A stretch of DNA of 64,000 bases from an uncultured Actinomycetota bacterium (GTDB lineage: Bacteria > Actinomycetota > Actinomycetes > Mycobacteriales > Mycobacteriaceae): contig CAVVUH010000038.1 of the NCBI GenBank assembly GCA_963751315.1, positions 148,590-212,589 on the forward strand. The letters are read 5' to 3'. The position numbers and the translations under genes are program-made. The notes beneath the pieces are model-generated. The model was not told the DNA's origin and did no database searches. It was given only the letters and a program-made list of their open reading frames with translations. This document shows, piece by piece, positions 1-8,641 of this stretch. How positions within the stretch are numbered: position 1 is the stretch's first letter; each line of letters starts with the position of its first letter.

Positions 1-1832
1 TGACGGCCCGGCTCGCGTTCGACTGGGCGCAGCTGAAGCCCGGTGACCGCGTGCTCATCCACGCCGCCAGCGGCGGTGTCGGATTGGCCGCTATCCAGAT
101 GGCGCAGCAGCACGGTGCGACCGTCTTCGCGACCGCCAGCACCTACAAACGCGCGACGCTGCGCAAACTGGGTGTGGAATACGTCTACGACTCGCGCAGT
201 ACGGATTTCGCCGACCAAATCCTCGCTGACACTGACGGTGCCGGCGTCGACGTGGTGCTCAACAGCCTGACGAATGAGGGCTTCGTCGAAGCGACCGTGC
301 GGGCCACCGCGAAGAATGGCCGTTTCGCCGAGATCGCCAAGCGCGACATCTGGACGCCGGAACAAATGTCGGAGGTCCGTCCCGATATCGCTTACGAGAT
401 AGTTGCGCTGGACACGGTTACCTTCCAGGAACCCGAGCGTATTCGTGCCTTGCTGGGCGAGGTGTCGGACGGGTTGGCCAAGGGCGAGTGGACGCCACTA
501 CCCGCTGAGATCTACCCGCTGACGGAGGCGAAGACAGCGTTCCGCCGGATGCAGCAGGCGCGGCATATCGGCAAGATCGTGGTGCAAATGCCGAGTCCGC
601 TCCAGCCGCGCGGTGATCGGAGCTATCTGATCACTGGTGGACTCGGTGCGATCGGTCTGCACACGGCGGCCTATCTGGCGCAACTCGGTGCCGGTGACAT
701 CGTGTTGACCAGCAGGCGCACGCCCGACGCAGACGCACAAAGGGAAATCGACGAGATCACTGAGCGCTACCGGTGCCGCATCCACACCTTCGCGGCCGAT
801 GTCGGCGACGAGTCAGAAGTGGCAACGCTGCTGGACCGGATCCGTGCGGAGTTGCCGCCGCTCGCTGGAGTGGCGCATTTGGCAGGCGTGCTCGACGACG
901 CTCTGCTGTCGCAGCAGAATCTGGATCGCTTCCGGACGACGTTGGCGCCCAAGGCGTTCGGCGCCTTCTACTTGGACCGGTTGACGAAGAAAGACGACCT
1001 CGACTTCTTCATCGTGTCGTCCTCGGTGTCCAGCTTGCTCGGTTCACCCGGCCAGGCCAACTACTCGACTGCTAATGCGCTGCTCGACGGGCTGGTCGCG
1101 GATCGAAAGGCACACGGCTTGCCGGCGACCGGAGTCAACTTTGGTCCCTGGGGCCGGGGAGGCATGGCCTCTTCGGAGGCCGCGCGTGCCAATATCAGTG
1201 CGCAAGGGCTGGTTCCGCTGGAACCCTCGGCCGCCCTCGGCGCCCTCGCCGAAGTTGTCGCCAACGGAACTGCGCAGGCAACCGTCATCAAGGCCAACTG
1301 GCAGCGTGCCGCGAAGGTGCTGGGTAGTTCCCGTCCACCGATTCTCGACCTGGTGTTGCCGAGTGCCGTCGGGGAGATAATCGGCGACAGTGAGTTGCTC
1401 CGGCAACTGCAGGAGATACCGGTGGCGCAGCGCGCCAGTTTCATTACCGAATTTCTGCAGCGCGAAGTGCAGGGTTTCTTGCGGCTCGCGCAACCGCCCG
1501 CGGCAACCAGTCGGTTCCTGGACCTGGGAACGGATTCACTGATGGCGGTCGAACTCCGCAACCGGTTGCACAGCCAGTTCGGTGGCGCATTCACGATCAA
1601 CGCCACCGCGGTATTCGACTATCCGACGATCGGCGGGCTCGGCGAATATCTCGCGGCTCAGCTGTCCGATTCGGAATCGGAGTCTGCTGACGCAGAGTCG
1701 GTTACGGCGCCTGAGTCTGCTGACGAGGGGTCGGTTACGGCGCCTGAGTCTGCTGACGCGGAGTCGGTTACGGCGCCTGAGTCATCACCGTCGGACGAAT
1801 CGGAACCCGGTGCAGCGCCAGAGCCGAGTTGA
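1..1832 (+). CDS. Type I polyketide synthase, C-terminal part (ER-KR-ACP); 5' end lies outside the window
   Basis: The frame is open from the window edge, with codons starting at nt 3. ER NADPH motif HAASGGVG. KR Rossmann YLITGGLGAIG plus YSTAN. ACP motif LGTDSLMAVEL. An acidic repetitive tail follows the ACP. Confidence 0.9.
   Translation, partial: TARLAFDWAQLKPGDRVLIHAASGGVGLAAIQMAQQHGATVFATASTYKRATLRKLGVEYVYDSRSTDFADQILADTDGAGVDVVLNSLTNEGFVEATVRATAKNGRFAEIAKRDIWTPEQMSEVRPDIAYEIVALDTVTFQEPERIRALLGEVSDGLAKGEWTPLPAEIYPLTEAKTAFRRMQQARHIGKIVVQMPSPLQPRGDRSYLITGGLGAIGLHTAAYLAQLGAGDIVLTSRRTPDADAQREIDEITERYRCRIHTFAADVGDESEVATLLDRIRAELPPLAGVAHLAGVLDDALLSQQNLDRFRTTLAPKAFGAFYLDRLTKKDDLDFFIVSSSVSSLLGSPGQANYSTANALLDGLVADRKAHGLPATGVNFGPWGRGGMASSEAARANISAQGLVPLEPSAALGALAEVVANGTAQATVIKANWQRAAKVLGSSRPPILDLVLPSAVGEIIGDSELLRQLQEIPVAQRASFITEFLQREVQGFLRLAQPPAATSRFLDLGTDSLMAVELRNRLHSQFGGAFTINATAVFDYPTIGGLGEYLAAQLSDSESESADAESVTAPESADEGSVTAPESADAESVTAPESSPSDESEPGAAPEPS
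1680..1783 (+). repeat. 33-bp tandem repeat, 3 units plus a partial 4th, inside the PKS tail
   Basis: Units lie at 1680-1712, 1713-1745 and 1746-1778 and differ at 2-3 positions. They translate as ESADAESVTAP / ESADEGSVTAP / ESADAESVTAP. Confidence 0.9.
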
Positions 1833-1843
1833 TCCTGGGCGGG

Positions 1844-2277
1844 TCAGTCGGCGATATTGAAGCCCGAGTTGACCTTGGTCGGCTGGACCCGCACCACCAG
1901 CTCGCCGGAGACGGCATTGCGCTGGCCGAACTCCTTGGCGCGATGTGCGCCCATGTACCGTCCGCCAATCCGAGTCGCGATGTCGAGTAGGTCCTCTGCA
2001 CCGTCGTGCACGGAAGCTTCTTTTTTGCAGCCCTGCACCCTGCTACGAACGAGTAGGGCGGATGCGGGTCGTCGACGCAAATGACGACACGTGAATCCCT
2101 CGCCAGCGCACGGCCTTTCGCCGACTCGCGGCCGGTGTTGAACACCAGCACGCCGTTGTCGACGATAAACCACACCGGAGCTACCAGCGGCCGCCCGTCG
2201 GCCGCGAGGTAACCCAGCATCGCGGTGCGGGTGCCCGCCGACAAGAACTCCACGACTTCATCGGAGAAGTCGGTCAT
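1844..2277 (-). pseudogene. PPOX-class (pyridoxamine 5'-phosphate oxidase-like, probably F420-dependent) oxidoreductase, frameshifted
   Basis: GGAGGA sits 5 nt before the ATG at 2277. The N-terminal part MTDFSDEVVEFLSAGTRTAMLGYLAADGRPLVAPVWF...PPYSFV is in one frame. The C-terminal part RVQGCKKEASVHDGAEDLLDIATRIGGRYMGAHRAKEFGQRNAVSGELVVRVQP is in another. The span is 434 nt, not a multiple of 3, and the junction is near 2045-2055 beside a T6 run. Confidence 0.7.
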
Positions 2278-2291
2278 GCGATTCCTCCGAG

Positions 2292-3401
2292 CTAGAGCGT
2301 CACGATGTCGTAGTCGCCGACCTGGTCGACCAGGAGCTGCAACTGGTCCTGGGACGAACCGAGGGTGTGCTCGATCGCGGTGAGCCGGGCCGCATAATGC
2401 CCGACCGGGTACTCCGCGGTCATGCCGATGCCGCCGTGCAGCTGGATGGCCTCCTGGCCGATGTGGCGTCCCGACCGGCCGATCTGCAGCTTGGCCCGCG
2501 CCGCGACCACCGGGTCGAGATTGCCGTCGGCGATCGACATTGCGGCGTAGAGGTTCATGCTGCGGGCCAGTTCCAGCGACACGTACATATCCGCGGCGCG
2601 CTGGGTCAGCGTCTGGAAGGTGTTCAGGGTGACCCCGAACTGCTTGCGCGTCTTGAGGTAATCGGTGGTCAACCGAAGCGCCTCTTCCATGGCGCCGACG
2701 GCCTCGGCGCACAACGCGGACTGAATGCGGACGACGGCGTTGCGGATGGCGGCCGATGCGTCCACCGCGTCGCCTAGCGGCTCGCCTGGAGTCTGGTCCA
2801 ACTCGATCTGGGCACCGCGCTGGCCGTCGAACGTGCGGTACGGGTGCCGGCTCACGGCCTCACCGTCGACGAGGAACAACCCGATTCCGCCGTCGGGCAA
2901 CCTCGCGCTGACGACCAGGGTGTCGGCGGAGTCGCCGGCGAGCACCGGGTTCTTTCGCCCGCTGACCAACCACGAATCGCCTTGCTGCACAGCGGTCGTC
3001 GCGACACCATTGGTCGAGGCCGCACGCATGCCTGGCTCCAGGTGCGCGAACGCCAACAGCCGCTGCCCCGCGGCGACCTCCTCCAGAAGTTCCTTCTGGG
3101 CGTCGCTGCCCACTTCGGCGATGATCGCCCCCGGTCCCAGCGCCGCATGAACGATGGGTTCGGGTGCCAGCCGGCGCCCGACTTCGGTGAGCACGACCAT
3201 GATTTCGATCTGGCCGGCTTCGTCGGGATCGAAGCCCAGCCCGAGAATCCCGGTGTCGGCCAGTTGACTCCACACGTCGCGGCTCCAGCCCAGCTCGCTT
3301 CCGACGATCTTGTTGCGGCTCTCGGGATCGTAGCTTCGGGACAGCAAGTCGCGGGTGGTGTCGCGGAGCAGAACCTGTTCGTCGCTCAACTGAAAGTCCA
3401 T
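2292..3401 (-). CDS. Acyl-CoA dehydrogenase family protein (downstream member of a fadE pair)
   Basis: 369 aa with an ACAD-like sequence throughout. The C-terminal QLHGGIGMTAEYPVGHYAARLTAIEHT retains a Glu at the usual catalytic-base position. Confidence 0.85.
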   Translation of the reverse strand: MDFQLSDEQVLLRDTTRDLLSRSYDPESRNKIVGSELGWSRDVWSQLADTGILGLGFDPDEAGQIEIMVVLTEVGRRLAPEPIVHAALGPGAIIAEVGSDAQKELLEEVAAGQRLLAFAHLEPGMRAASTNGVATTAVQQGDSWLVSGRKNPVLAGDSADTLVVSARLPDGGIGLFLVDGEAVSRHPYRTFDGQRGAQIELDQTPGEPLGDAVDASAAIRNAVVRIQSALCAEAVGAMEEALRLTTDYLKTRKQFGVTLNTFQTLTQRAADMYVSLELARSMNLYAAMSIADGNLDPVVAARAKLQIGRSGRHIGQEAIQLHGGIGMTAEYPVGHYAARLTAIEHTLGSSQDQLQLLVDQVGDYDIVTL

Positions 3402-3424
3402 GGCTTTACCTCACGCTCCTGCTT

Positions 3425-4585
3425 TTACAACCCGAGAATGGTGGACGCGATGATGGTGCGTTGTATCTCATTGCTGCCGCCGTAGATGGACGTTTTGCGG
3501 TAGTTCAGGTAGCGCGGCGCGCTGCCCTGCGCCCATCCCGGTGACGCGATCTCGTCGCCGGCATCGACAGGCAGCGCATCCGGGCCGGCCACGTCGACGA
3601 GCAATTCGGTGGCGGTCTGCTGCAACTGGCTGCCGCGCAGTTTCAGTACCGACGACGCCGGATTGGGTTTGCCGTCCAACGAGCCCGACGCGACCCGCAT
3701 CTGCGTGAGCTCCAATGCCAGCAACTCGTTTTCGGCTTCGGCGAGCCGGCTGGTGAACAGCGGATCTTTGAGCAGGCCGGTGTCGGTGGCGCACTGTTTG
3801 ACCTCGGCGAGACGAACCTTGGTGCGGCCCACTCCGGCGATGCCGGTCCGCTCGTTACCCAACAGGAACTTCGCGTAGGTCCAGCCCTGATTCTCTTCTC
3901 CGACAAGCTGATCGGCGGGTACCCGGACATCCTCGAAGAACACCTCGTTGACCTCGTAGCTGCCGTCGACCAACTTGATCGGCCGCATCGTTATCCCCGG
4001 GGTGTCCAAATCGATGAGCAGAAACGAGATGCCGGCCTGCTTTTTCGGCGCCTGCGGGTCGGTGCGTACCAGACAGAAAATCCAGTCGGCGTATTGGCCC
4101 AACGTCGTCCAGGTCTTCTGTCCGTTGACGACATAGCTGTCGCCGTCACGCAGGGCGGTGGTACGCAGCGACGCCAAATCCGAGCCGGCTTCCGGCTCGG
4201 AGAATCCTTGGCACCACCAGATGTCGATGCTGGCCGTCGGTGGCAGGAAGCGTTGCTTGATCTCCTGGGAGCCGAACTCGGCGATCACCGGCCCGACCAT
4301 CTTCGCGTTGAAGTTCAGTGGTTCCGGCACCGAGGCCAGCTGCATCTCGTCGAGCCAGATCTGGTGCTGAGCGAGCGTCCAGTCCTTGCCGCCCCATTCG
4401 ACGGGCCAATTGGGCACCGCCAGCCCGTGATCATTGAGGATCTTGTGGCTGGTGATGAAATCGTCGCGGCCGAGGGGTAAGCCCAGCCGGGTTTTCTCGC
4501 GAAACTCCACCGGAATCTTTGTCGTGTAGAAGGTGCGCAGCTCGTCACGGAAGGCGGCTTCGTCCGGCGTCAGTGCCAGTTGCAT
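3425..4585 (-). CDS. Acyl-CoA dehydrogenase family protein (upstream member of a fadE pair)
   Basis: Start chosen at MQLALTPDEAAF, with GGAGA 5 nt upstream. The ACAD fold is recognisable (WWCQGFSEPEAGSD, IYGGSNEIQRTII). The usual YEG Glu is replaced by Gly. Confidence 0.85.
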   Translation of the reverse strand: MQLALTPDEAAFRDELRTFYTTKIPVEFREKTRLGLPLGRDDFITSHKILNDHGLAVPNWPVEWGGKDWTLAQHQIWLDEMQLASVPEPLNFNAKMVGPVIAEFGSQEIKQRFLPPTASIDIWWCQGFSEPEAGSDLASLRTTALRDGDSYVVNGQKTWTTLGQYADWIFCLVRTDPQAPKKQAGISFLLIDLDTPGITMRPIKLVDGSYEVNEVFFEDVRVPADQLVGEENQGWTYAKFLLGNERTGIAGVGRTKVRLAEVKQCATDTGLLKDPLFTSRLAEAENELLALELTQMRVASGSLDGKPNPASSVLKLRGSQLQQTATELLVDVAGPDALPVDAGDEIASPGWAQGSAPRYLNYRKTSIYGGSNEIQRTIIASTILGL

Positions 4586-4807
4586 GGCGGTCTCCTTCAT
4601 TGGATCCGACGGTCCTGCCCTGCACGTTATCCGCATCCCCAACCAACCGGTCAGGCGGCTGGTCTAATCGGGCCCGTCGCCCGCCGCCGACCATTGTCGG
4701 ATGGCTCGGCGCAGCCGATTGTGCACAGCCGGCAGTTAGTCCACAGCCGGTCTCAACAGGCTCCGCGGCGGCGTTGCCGCGGCAGTCGACCGACCTAGGG
4801 TCGGCGT

Positions 4808-5626
4808 ATGCGCACAGAACTGCCCGCCCAGCGGCTGCATCGACGACTCGGCGCCCAACCGGACAGCGATGCCGACGACGCCGACACCGACCCGACCTCG
4901 CTGCTGCCACGGTGGATTCCAGACGATTCCGGACAGCATGGTGGCTGGCTGGCCAGAGTGCGTGCCGATCCGGGCCGCGCCGGCGCCATCGCATTAGCGG
5001 CGATCGCCGCTATCGCGGTGCTGGTCGCCATCTTCACTCTGATGCGGGATGCGCCCGCACCGGTGAGGTCGGCGAAATTGCCACCGGTCGATCCGGTGGC
5101 GTCGGCGAGCCGCGGCCCGAGTCCGACTGCGACGGCCCAGCCGAGCCAACCGGTGGTGGTGAGCGTGGTGGGCCTGGTTCACACGCCGGGCTTGGTCACG
5201 TTGGCGCCCGGCGCACGGATCGCCGACGCGCTGAAGGCGGCTGGCGGCACGACCGATGGTGCCGACACCACCGGGCTCAATATGGCCCGCCAGGTCGACG
5301 ACGGCGAGCAGATCGTCGTCGGGATCGCACCGATCAAGGGGCAGCCGCCCGTATTGGGCAGCTCGGTCAGCTCCGGCACGGCCGCCCCCGGCGCGCCGGG
5401 CAGCGCGTCTCGTCCGGATAAACCCACACGGTCTGAGGTGGTCAACCTGAACACCGCGACGGTGCAGCAGTTGGACGCCCTGCCCGGGGTCGGGCCAGTG
5501 ACGGCGGCCGCCATCGTGGCGTGGCGCGATGCCAACGGCAAGTTCACCACCGTCGACCAGCTCGCCGAGGTGGACGGCATCGGCCCCGCGCGTCTGGAAA
5601 AGCTGCGCCGGCTGGTTCGTGTCTAA
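4808..5626 (+). CDS. comEA: ComEA-like DNA-binding protein (TM segment, SLBB-like region, helix-hairpin-helix)
   Basis: C-terminal NLNTATVQQLDALPGVGPVTAAAIVAWRDANGKFTTVDQLAEVDGIGPARLEKL is a typical ComEA HhH pair. The start is uncertain. Confidence 0.8.
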   Translation: MRTELPAQRLHRRLGAQPDSDADDADTDPTSLLPRWIPDDSGQHGGWLARVRADPGRAGAIALAAIAAIAVLVAIFTLMRDAPAPVRSAKLPPVDPVASASRGPSPTATAQPSQPVVVSVVGLVHTPGLVTLAPGARIADALKAAGGTTDGADTTGLNMARQVDDGEQIVVGIAPIKGQPPVLGSSVSSGTAAPGAPGSASRPDKPTRSEVVNLNTATVQQLDALPGVGPVTAAAIVAWRDANGKFTTVDQLAEVDGIGPARLEKLRRLVRV

Positions 5627-5631
5627 GACCG

Positions 5632-7191
5632 GTGCAGCACCCAGCGGGTGGCGACACCGCGACGGCGCGGCTGGATGCGCGTCTGGTGCCGGCCGCATTG
5701 GCCAGTTGGACGGTCACTGCGGCGGGAATCTTGTGGCCGATAGGCGGTGTCGTCGGGTCGGTCTGTGCGGCGGGCAGCGTGTTCGGCGTTCTGCTCTGGC
5801 GCGCCGGACACCAAAGGCCACGGATGCGGGCCGTCGGCATCGGCGTGATCGCCGTTGGTGTCGTCGGGGCGGGGTTCGGGTTTGCGATCGCGTTACGCGC
5901 CAACGCGGTCGCTCACCACCCCGTCACCGCGGCATTCGGAACGGCAGCGCAGGTGGCCGTCACGCCCACCGAAAGCGCACTGTCGCTGGGCCGCGGCCGG
6001 ATGATGTTCCGTGCCACGCTGCAGCAACTGGGAGACGACACGATCTCGGGCCGCGTGGTGGTTTTCGCGCCGGCACGCGACTTCAGTGCAGTGATGGTCG
6101 GTCAGCCGGTCCGCTTCCGCGCCAGAATCACTCGCCCCACCCGACGCGACCTGACGGTGGCTGCGGTGAATGCGATCGGTGCGCCGACGATGGGTCACGC
6201 CGGGCCGGTGCACCGATCTGCGTACGCAGTCCGCGCGGCGTTCGCCGCCACAGCCCGTCAGGTGCTGCCCGCTGACCAGGGGGCAATGCTGCCCGCGCTG
6301 GTGCTCGGCGACACATCGGCGGTCACCATGATGACCAGCCAAGAATTCCGCGCGGCCGGTTTGACGCACCTCATGGCGGTATCCGGGGCCAACGTCACGA
6401 TCGTGTGTGGAGCAGTGCTGTTCGCCTCGCGGCTGATCGGGCCACGGGCGGCGGTGGCGCTGGCCGGTGCCGCGCTGGCGATGTTCGTCATCGTCGTGCA
6501 GCCCACGGCCAGCGTGCTGCGCGCGGCGGTGATGGGGGCGATCGCGCTGGTGGGTGTGTTGTCTTCGCGGCGACGGCAAGCGATTCCTGCTCTCGCTGCC
6601 ACTGTGCTGGTGTTGATGGTCGCCGCCCCTCAGTTGGCCGTGGACGTGGGCCTCGCTCTGTCGGTTGTGGCGACGGCGGCGCTGGTGGTCATCGCGCCGA
6701 TCTGGTCGCGGCGTCTGGTGGCGGCCGGCTGGCCCAAGCCGCTGGCGGACGCCGTGTGCGTCGCGTGGGCTGCGCAGTTGGTGACGGCTCCACTGATCGC
6801 CGGCATTTCAGGCCGGGTGAGCCTGGTGGCCGCGGCGGCCAATCTCGCGGTGGCAGTGCTGATCGCGCCGATCACCGTGCTGGGCAGCGCGGCGGGCGCA
6901 CTATGCCTGTTCTGGCCGGCAGGGGCGCAACTGCTGATCCGGTTCACCGGGCCCGAACTGTGGTGGGTGTTGCGGATCGCGCATTGGGCAGCCGGTGTCC
7001 CCGCCGCCAGTGTGCCCGTACCGTCCGGGGTTGCCGGTTTCCTGCTGGTCGGCGTCGCCGCCGTGCTGGCCGTGGTGTTGTGGCGGCGACGATGGTTTCG
7101 CACGGCGATGGCGATCGCAGCCGCCGGGCTGTTGGCCTGGTCGCTGTCGGGTCTGCTGGTAGGGGCCGGCGCGTCTGTCGGCCGCACATGA
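5632..7191 (+). CDS. comEC: ComEC/Rec2-family polytopic membrane protein
   Basis: A long hydrophobic multi-TM ORF lies directly after comEA. ALVLGDTS...LTHLMAVSGANV is competence-domain-like. The GTG at 5632 was chosen to avoid overlapping comEA, but the ORF stays open back to 5521. Confidence 0.75.
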   Translation: MQHPAGGDTATARLDARLVPAALASWTVTAAGILWPIGGVVGSVCAAGSVFGVLLWRAGHQRPRMRAVGIGVIAVGVVGAGFGFAIALRANAVAHHPVTAAFGTAAQVAVTPTESALSLGRGRMMFRATLQQLGDDTISGRVVVFAPARDFSAVMVGQPVRFRARITRPTRRDLTVAAVNAIGAPTMGHAGPVHRSAYAVRAAFAATARQVLPADQGAMLPALVLGDTSAVTMMTSQEFRAAGLTHLMAVSGANVTIVCGAVLFASRLIGPRAAVALAGAALAMFVIVVQPTASVLRAAVMGAIALVGVLSSRRRQAIPALAATVLVLMVAAPQLAVDVGLALSVVATAALVVIAPIWSRRLVAAGWPKPLADAVCVAWAAQLVTAPLIAGISGRVSLVAAAANLAVAVLIAPITVLGSAAGALCLFWPAGAQLLIRFTGPELWWVLRIAHWAAGVPAASVPVPSGVAGFLLVGVAAVLAVVLWRRRWFRTAMAIAAAGLLAWSLSGLLVGAGASVGRT

Positions 7192-7203
7192 CACGATCGA
7201 ACG

Positions 7204-8211
7204 GTGAGCCAGCAGGTTTCGCCATTGCACCTCGTGCTGGGAGACGAGGAGCTGCTGGTCGAGCGCGCCGTCGCGGAGGTACTGCGGTCGGCGCGGCAGC
7301 GCGCCGGCACCGACGATGTCCCGGTGAGCCGGTTGCGAGCCGGCGAAGTCGGCGTCTATGAGCTGGCCGAATTGCTGAGCCCGTCACTGTTCGCCGACGA
7401 GCGGGTGGTCGTCCTGGAAGCCGCCGGTGAGGCAGGTAAAGAAGCCGCGGAATTGATTGCCAATGCCGCCGCGGACATCCCGTCGGGCACCGAGCTCATG
7501 GTCGTGCATTCAGGTGGCGGGCGTGCCAAGGCGCTGGCCAGTCAGCTGCGCGCGCTGGGCGCGCAGGTACATCCGTGCGCGCGGATCACAAAGGCCAGCG
7601 AACGTTTTGACTTCGTCCGCAACGAATTTCGCTCGCTGAAGGTCAAATCCGACGACGACACGGTCAACGCGCTGCTGGATGCGGTCGGCTCCGATGTACG
7701 CGAACTCGCGTCGGCCTGTTCACAATTAGTCGCCGACACCGATGGCCGCGTCGATGTCGCCGCGGTGCGGCGCTATCACGGTGGCAGGGCCGAGGTGAAG
7801 GGATACGACATCGCCGACAAGGCCGTGGTGGGCGATGTCGCAGGCGCTGTCGAGGCGCTGCGGTGGGCGATGATGCGTGGCGAGCCGCAGGTGGTGTTGG
7901 CCGATGCGTTAGCCGAGGCTGTGCACGCCATCGCCCGGGTCGGGCCACTCTCTGGTGACCCCTACCGTCTGGCGGCCGAAGTCGGAATGCCGCCCTGGCG
8001 GGTGCAGAAGGCGCAGAAGCAGGCCCGACGCTGGTCCCGCGACATGGTGGCCACCGCGATGAGATTGGTCGCGGCGCTGAACGCCGACGTCAAGGGCGCG
8101 TCCGCCGATGCCAACTACGCGCTGGAAGCGGCGGTGCGGAAAGTCGCCGAGCTAGCGGCCGGTGACGATGCGGGCCGGGACGGCCCGAGGAAGAGCCGGG
8201 CGGTTAGGTAG
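7204..8211 (+). CDS. holA: DNA polymerase III delta subunit
   Basis: 335 aa starting [16 protein letters not shown]. Position after comEC and before rpsT matches the conserved synteny. Confidence 0.8.
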   Translation: MSQQVSPLHLVLGDEELLVERAVAEVLRSARQRAGTDDVPVSRLRAGEVGVYELAELLSPSLFADERVVVLEAAGEAGKEAAELIANAAADIPSGTELMVVHSGGGRAKALASQLRALGAQVHPCARITKASERFDFVRNEFRSLKVKSDDDTVNALLDAVGSDVRELASACSQLVADTDGRVDVAAVRRYHGGRAEVKGYDIADKAVVGDVAGAVEALRWAMMRGEPQVVLADALAEAVHAIARVGPLSGDPYRLAAEVGMPPWRVQKAQKQARRWSRDMVATAMRLVAALNADVKGASADANYALEAAVRKVAELAAGDDAGRDGPRKSRAVR

Positions 8212-8232
8212 GGCCGACCCCGGTCGCTGAAC

Positions 8233-8493
8233 TCAGATCTTGTTGAGGGCGTGCGCCAGCGCGGACTTCTTGTTCGCTGCCTGGTTCTTGTGGATCACAC
8301 CCTTGCTGGCCGCCTTGTCCAACTTGCGGCTGGTGGAGACCAGCAGTTCGGCGGCCTTGTCCTTCTCGCCAGCGGCGGCGGCCTCGCGGAACGCGCGGAC
8401 AGCCGTGCGAAGCGCTGACTTCACCGACTTGTTGCGCAGCCGGGCGCGCTCGTTCGTGCGGTTGCGCTTTTGCTGCGACTTGATGTTGGCCAC
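8233..8493 (-). CDS. rpsT: 30S ribosomal protein S20
   Basis: [35 protein letters not shown] is an unmistakable S20 N-terminus. 86 aa. Confidence 0.97.
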   Translation of the reverse strand: MANIKSQQKRNRTNERARLRNKSVKSALRTAVRAFREAAAAGEKDKAAELLVSTSRKLDKAASKGVIHKNQAANKKSALAHALNKI

Positions 8494-8641
8494 GCGTTAA
8501 TTCCTTCGCAAATATCAGCGGCTTGTGGTGTCACGGTCTTGCCGCAGCGTCCCAACGCTTAGGCGGCGACTGCTCAGGGTAACAGTCCGTGGTGCAATCT
8601 CCCAAAGTGGAGACTCTTGGCCTGCGGAAACGGCGTTTGTG

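Noticed and set aside
5521-5631. Earlier comEC start overlapping comEA by about 100 nt
   Set aside because: The overlapping segment is Arg/Pro-rich and non-hydrophobic. The GTG at 5632, just after the comEA stop, precedes the first TM segment. The true start remains uncertain.
8212-8232. Bidirectional terminator between holA and rpsT
   Set aside because: Only a 3-4 bp stem can be drawn (CGAC/GTCG), which is too weak to report.
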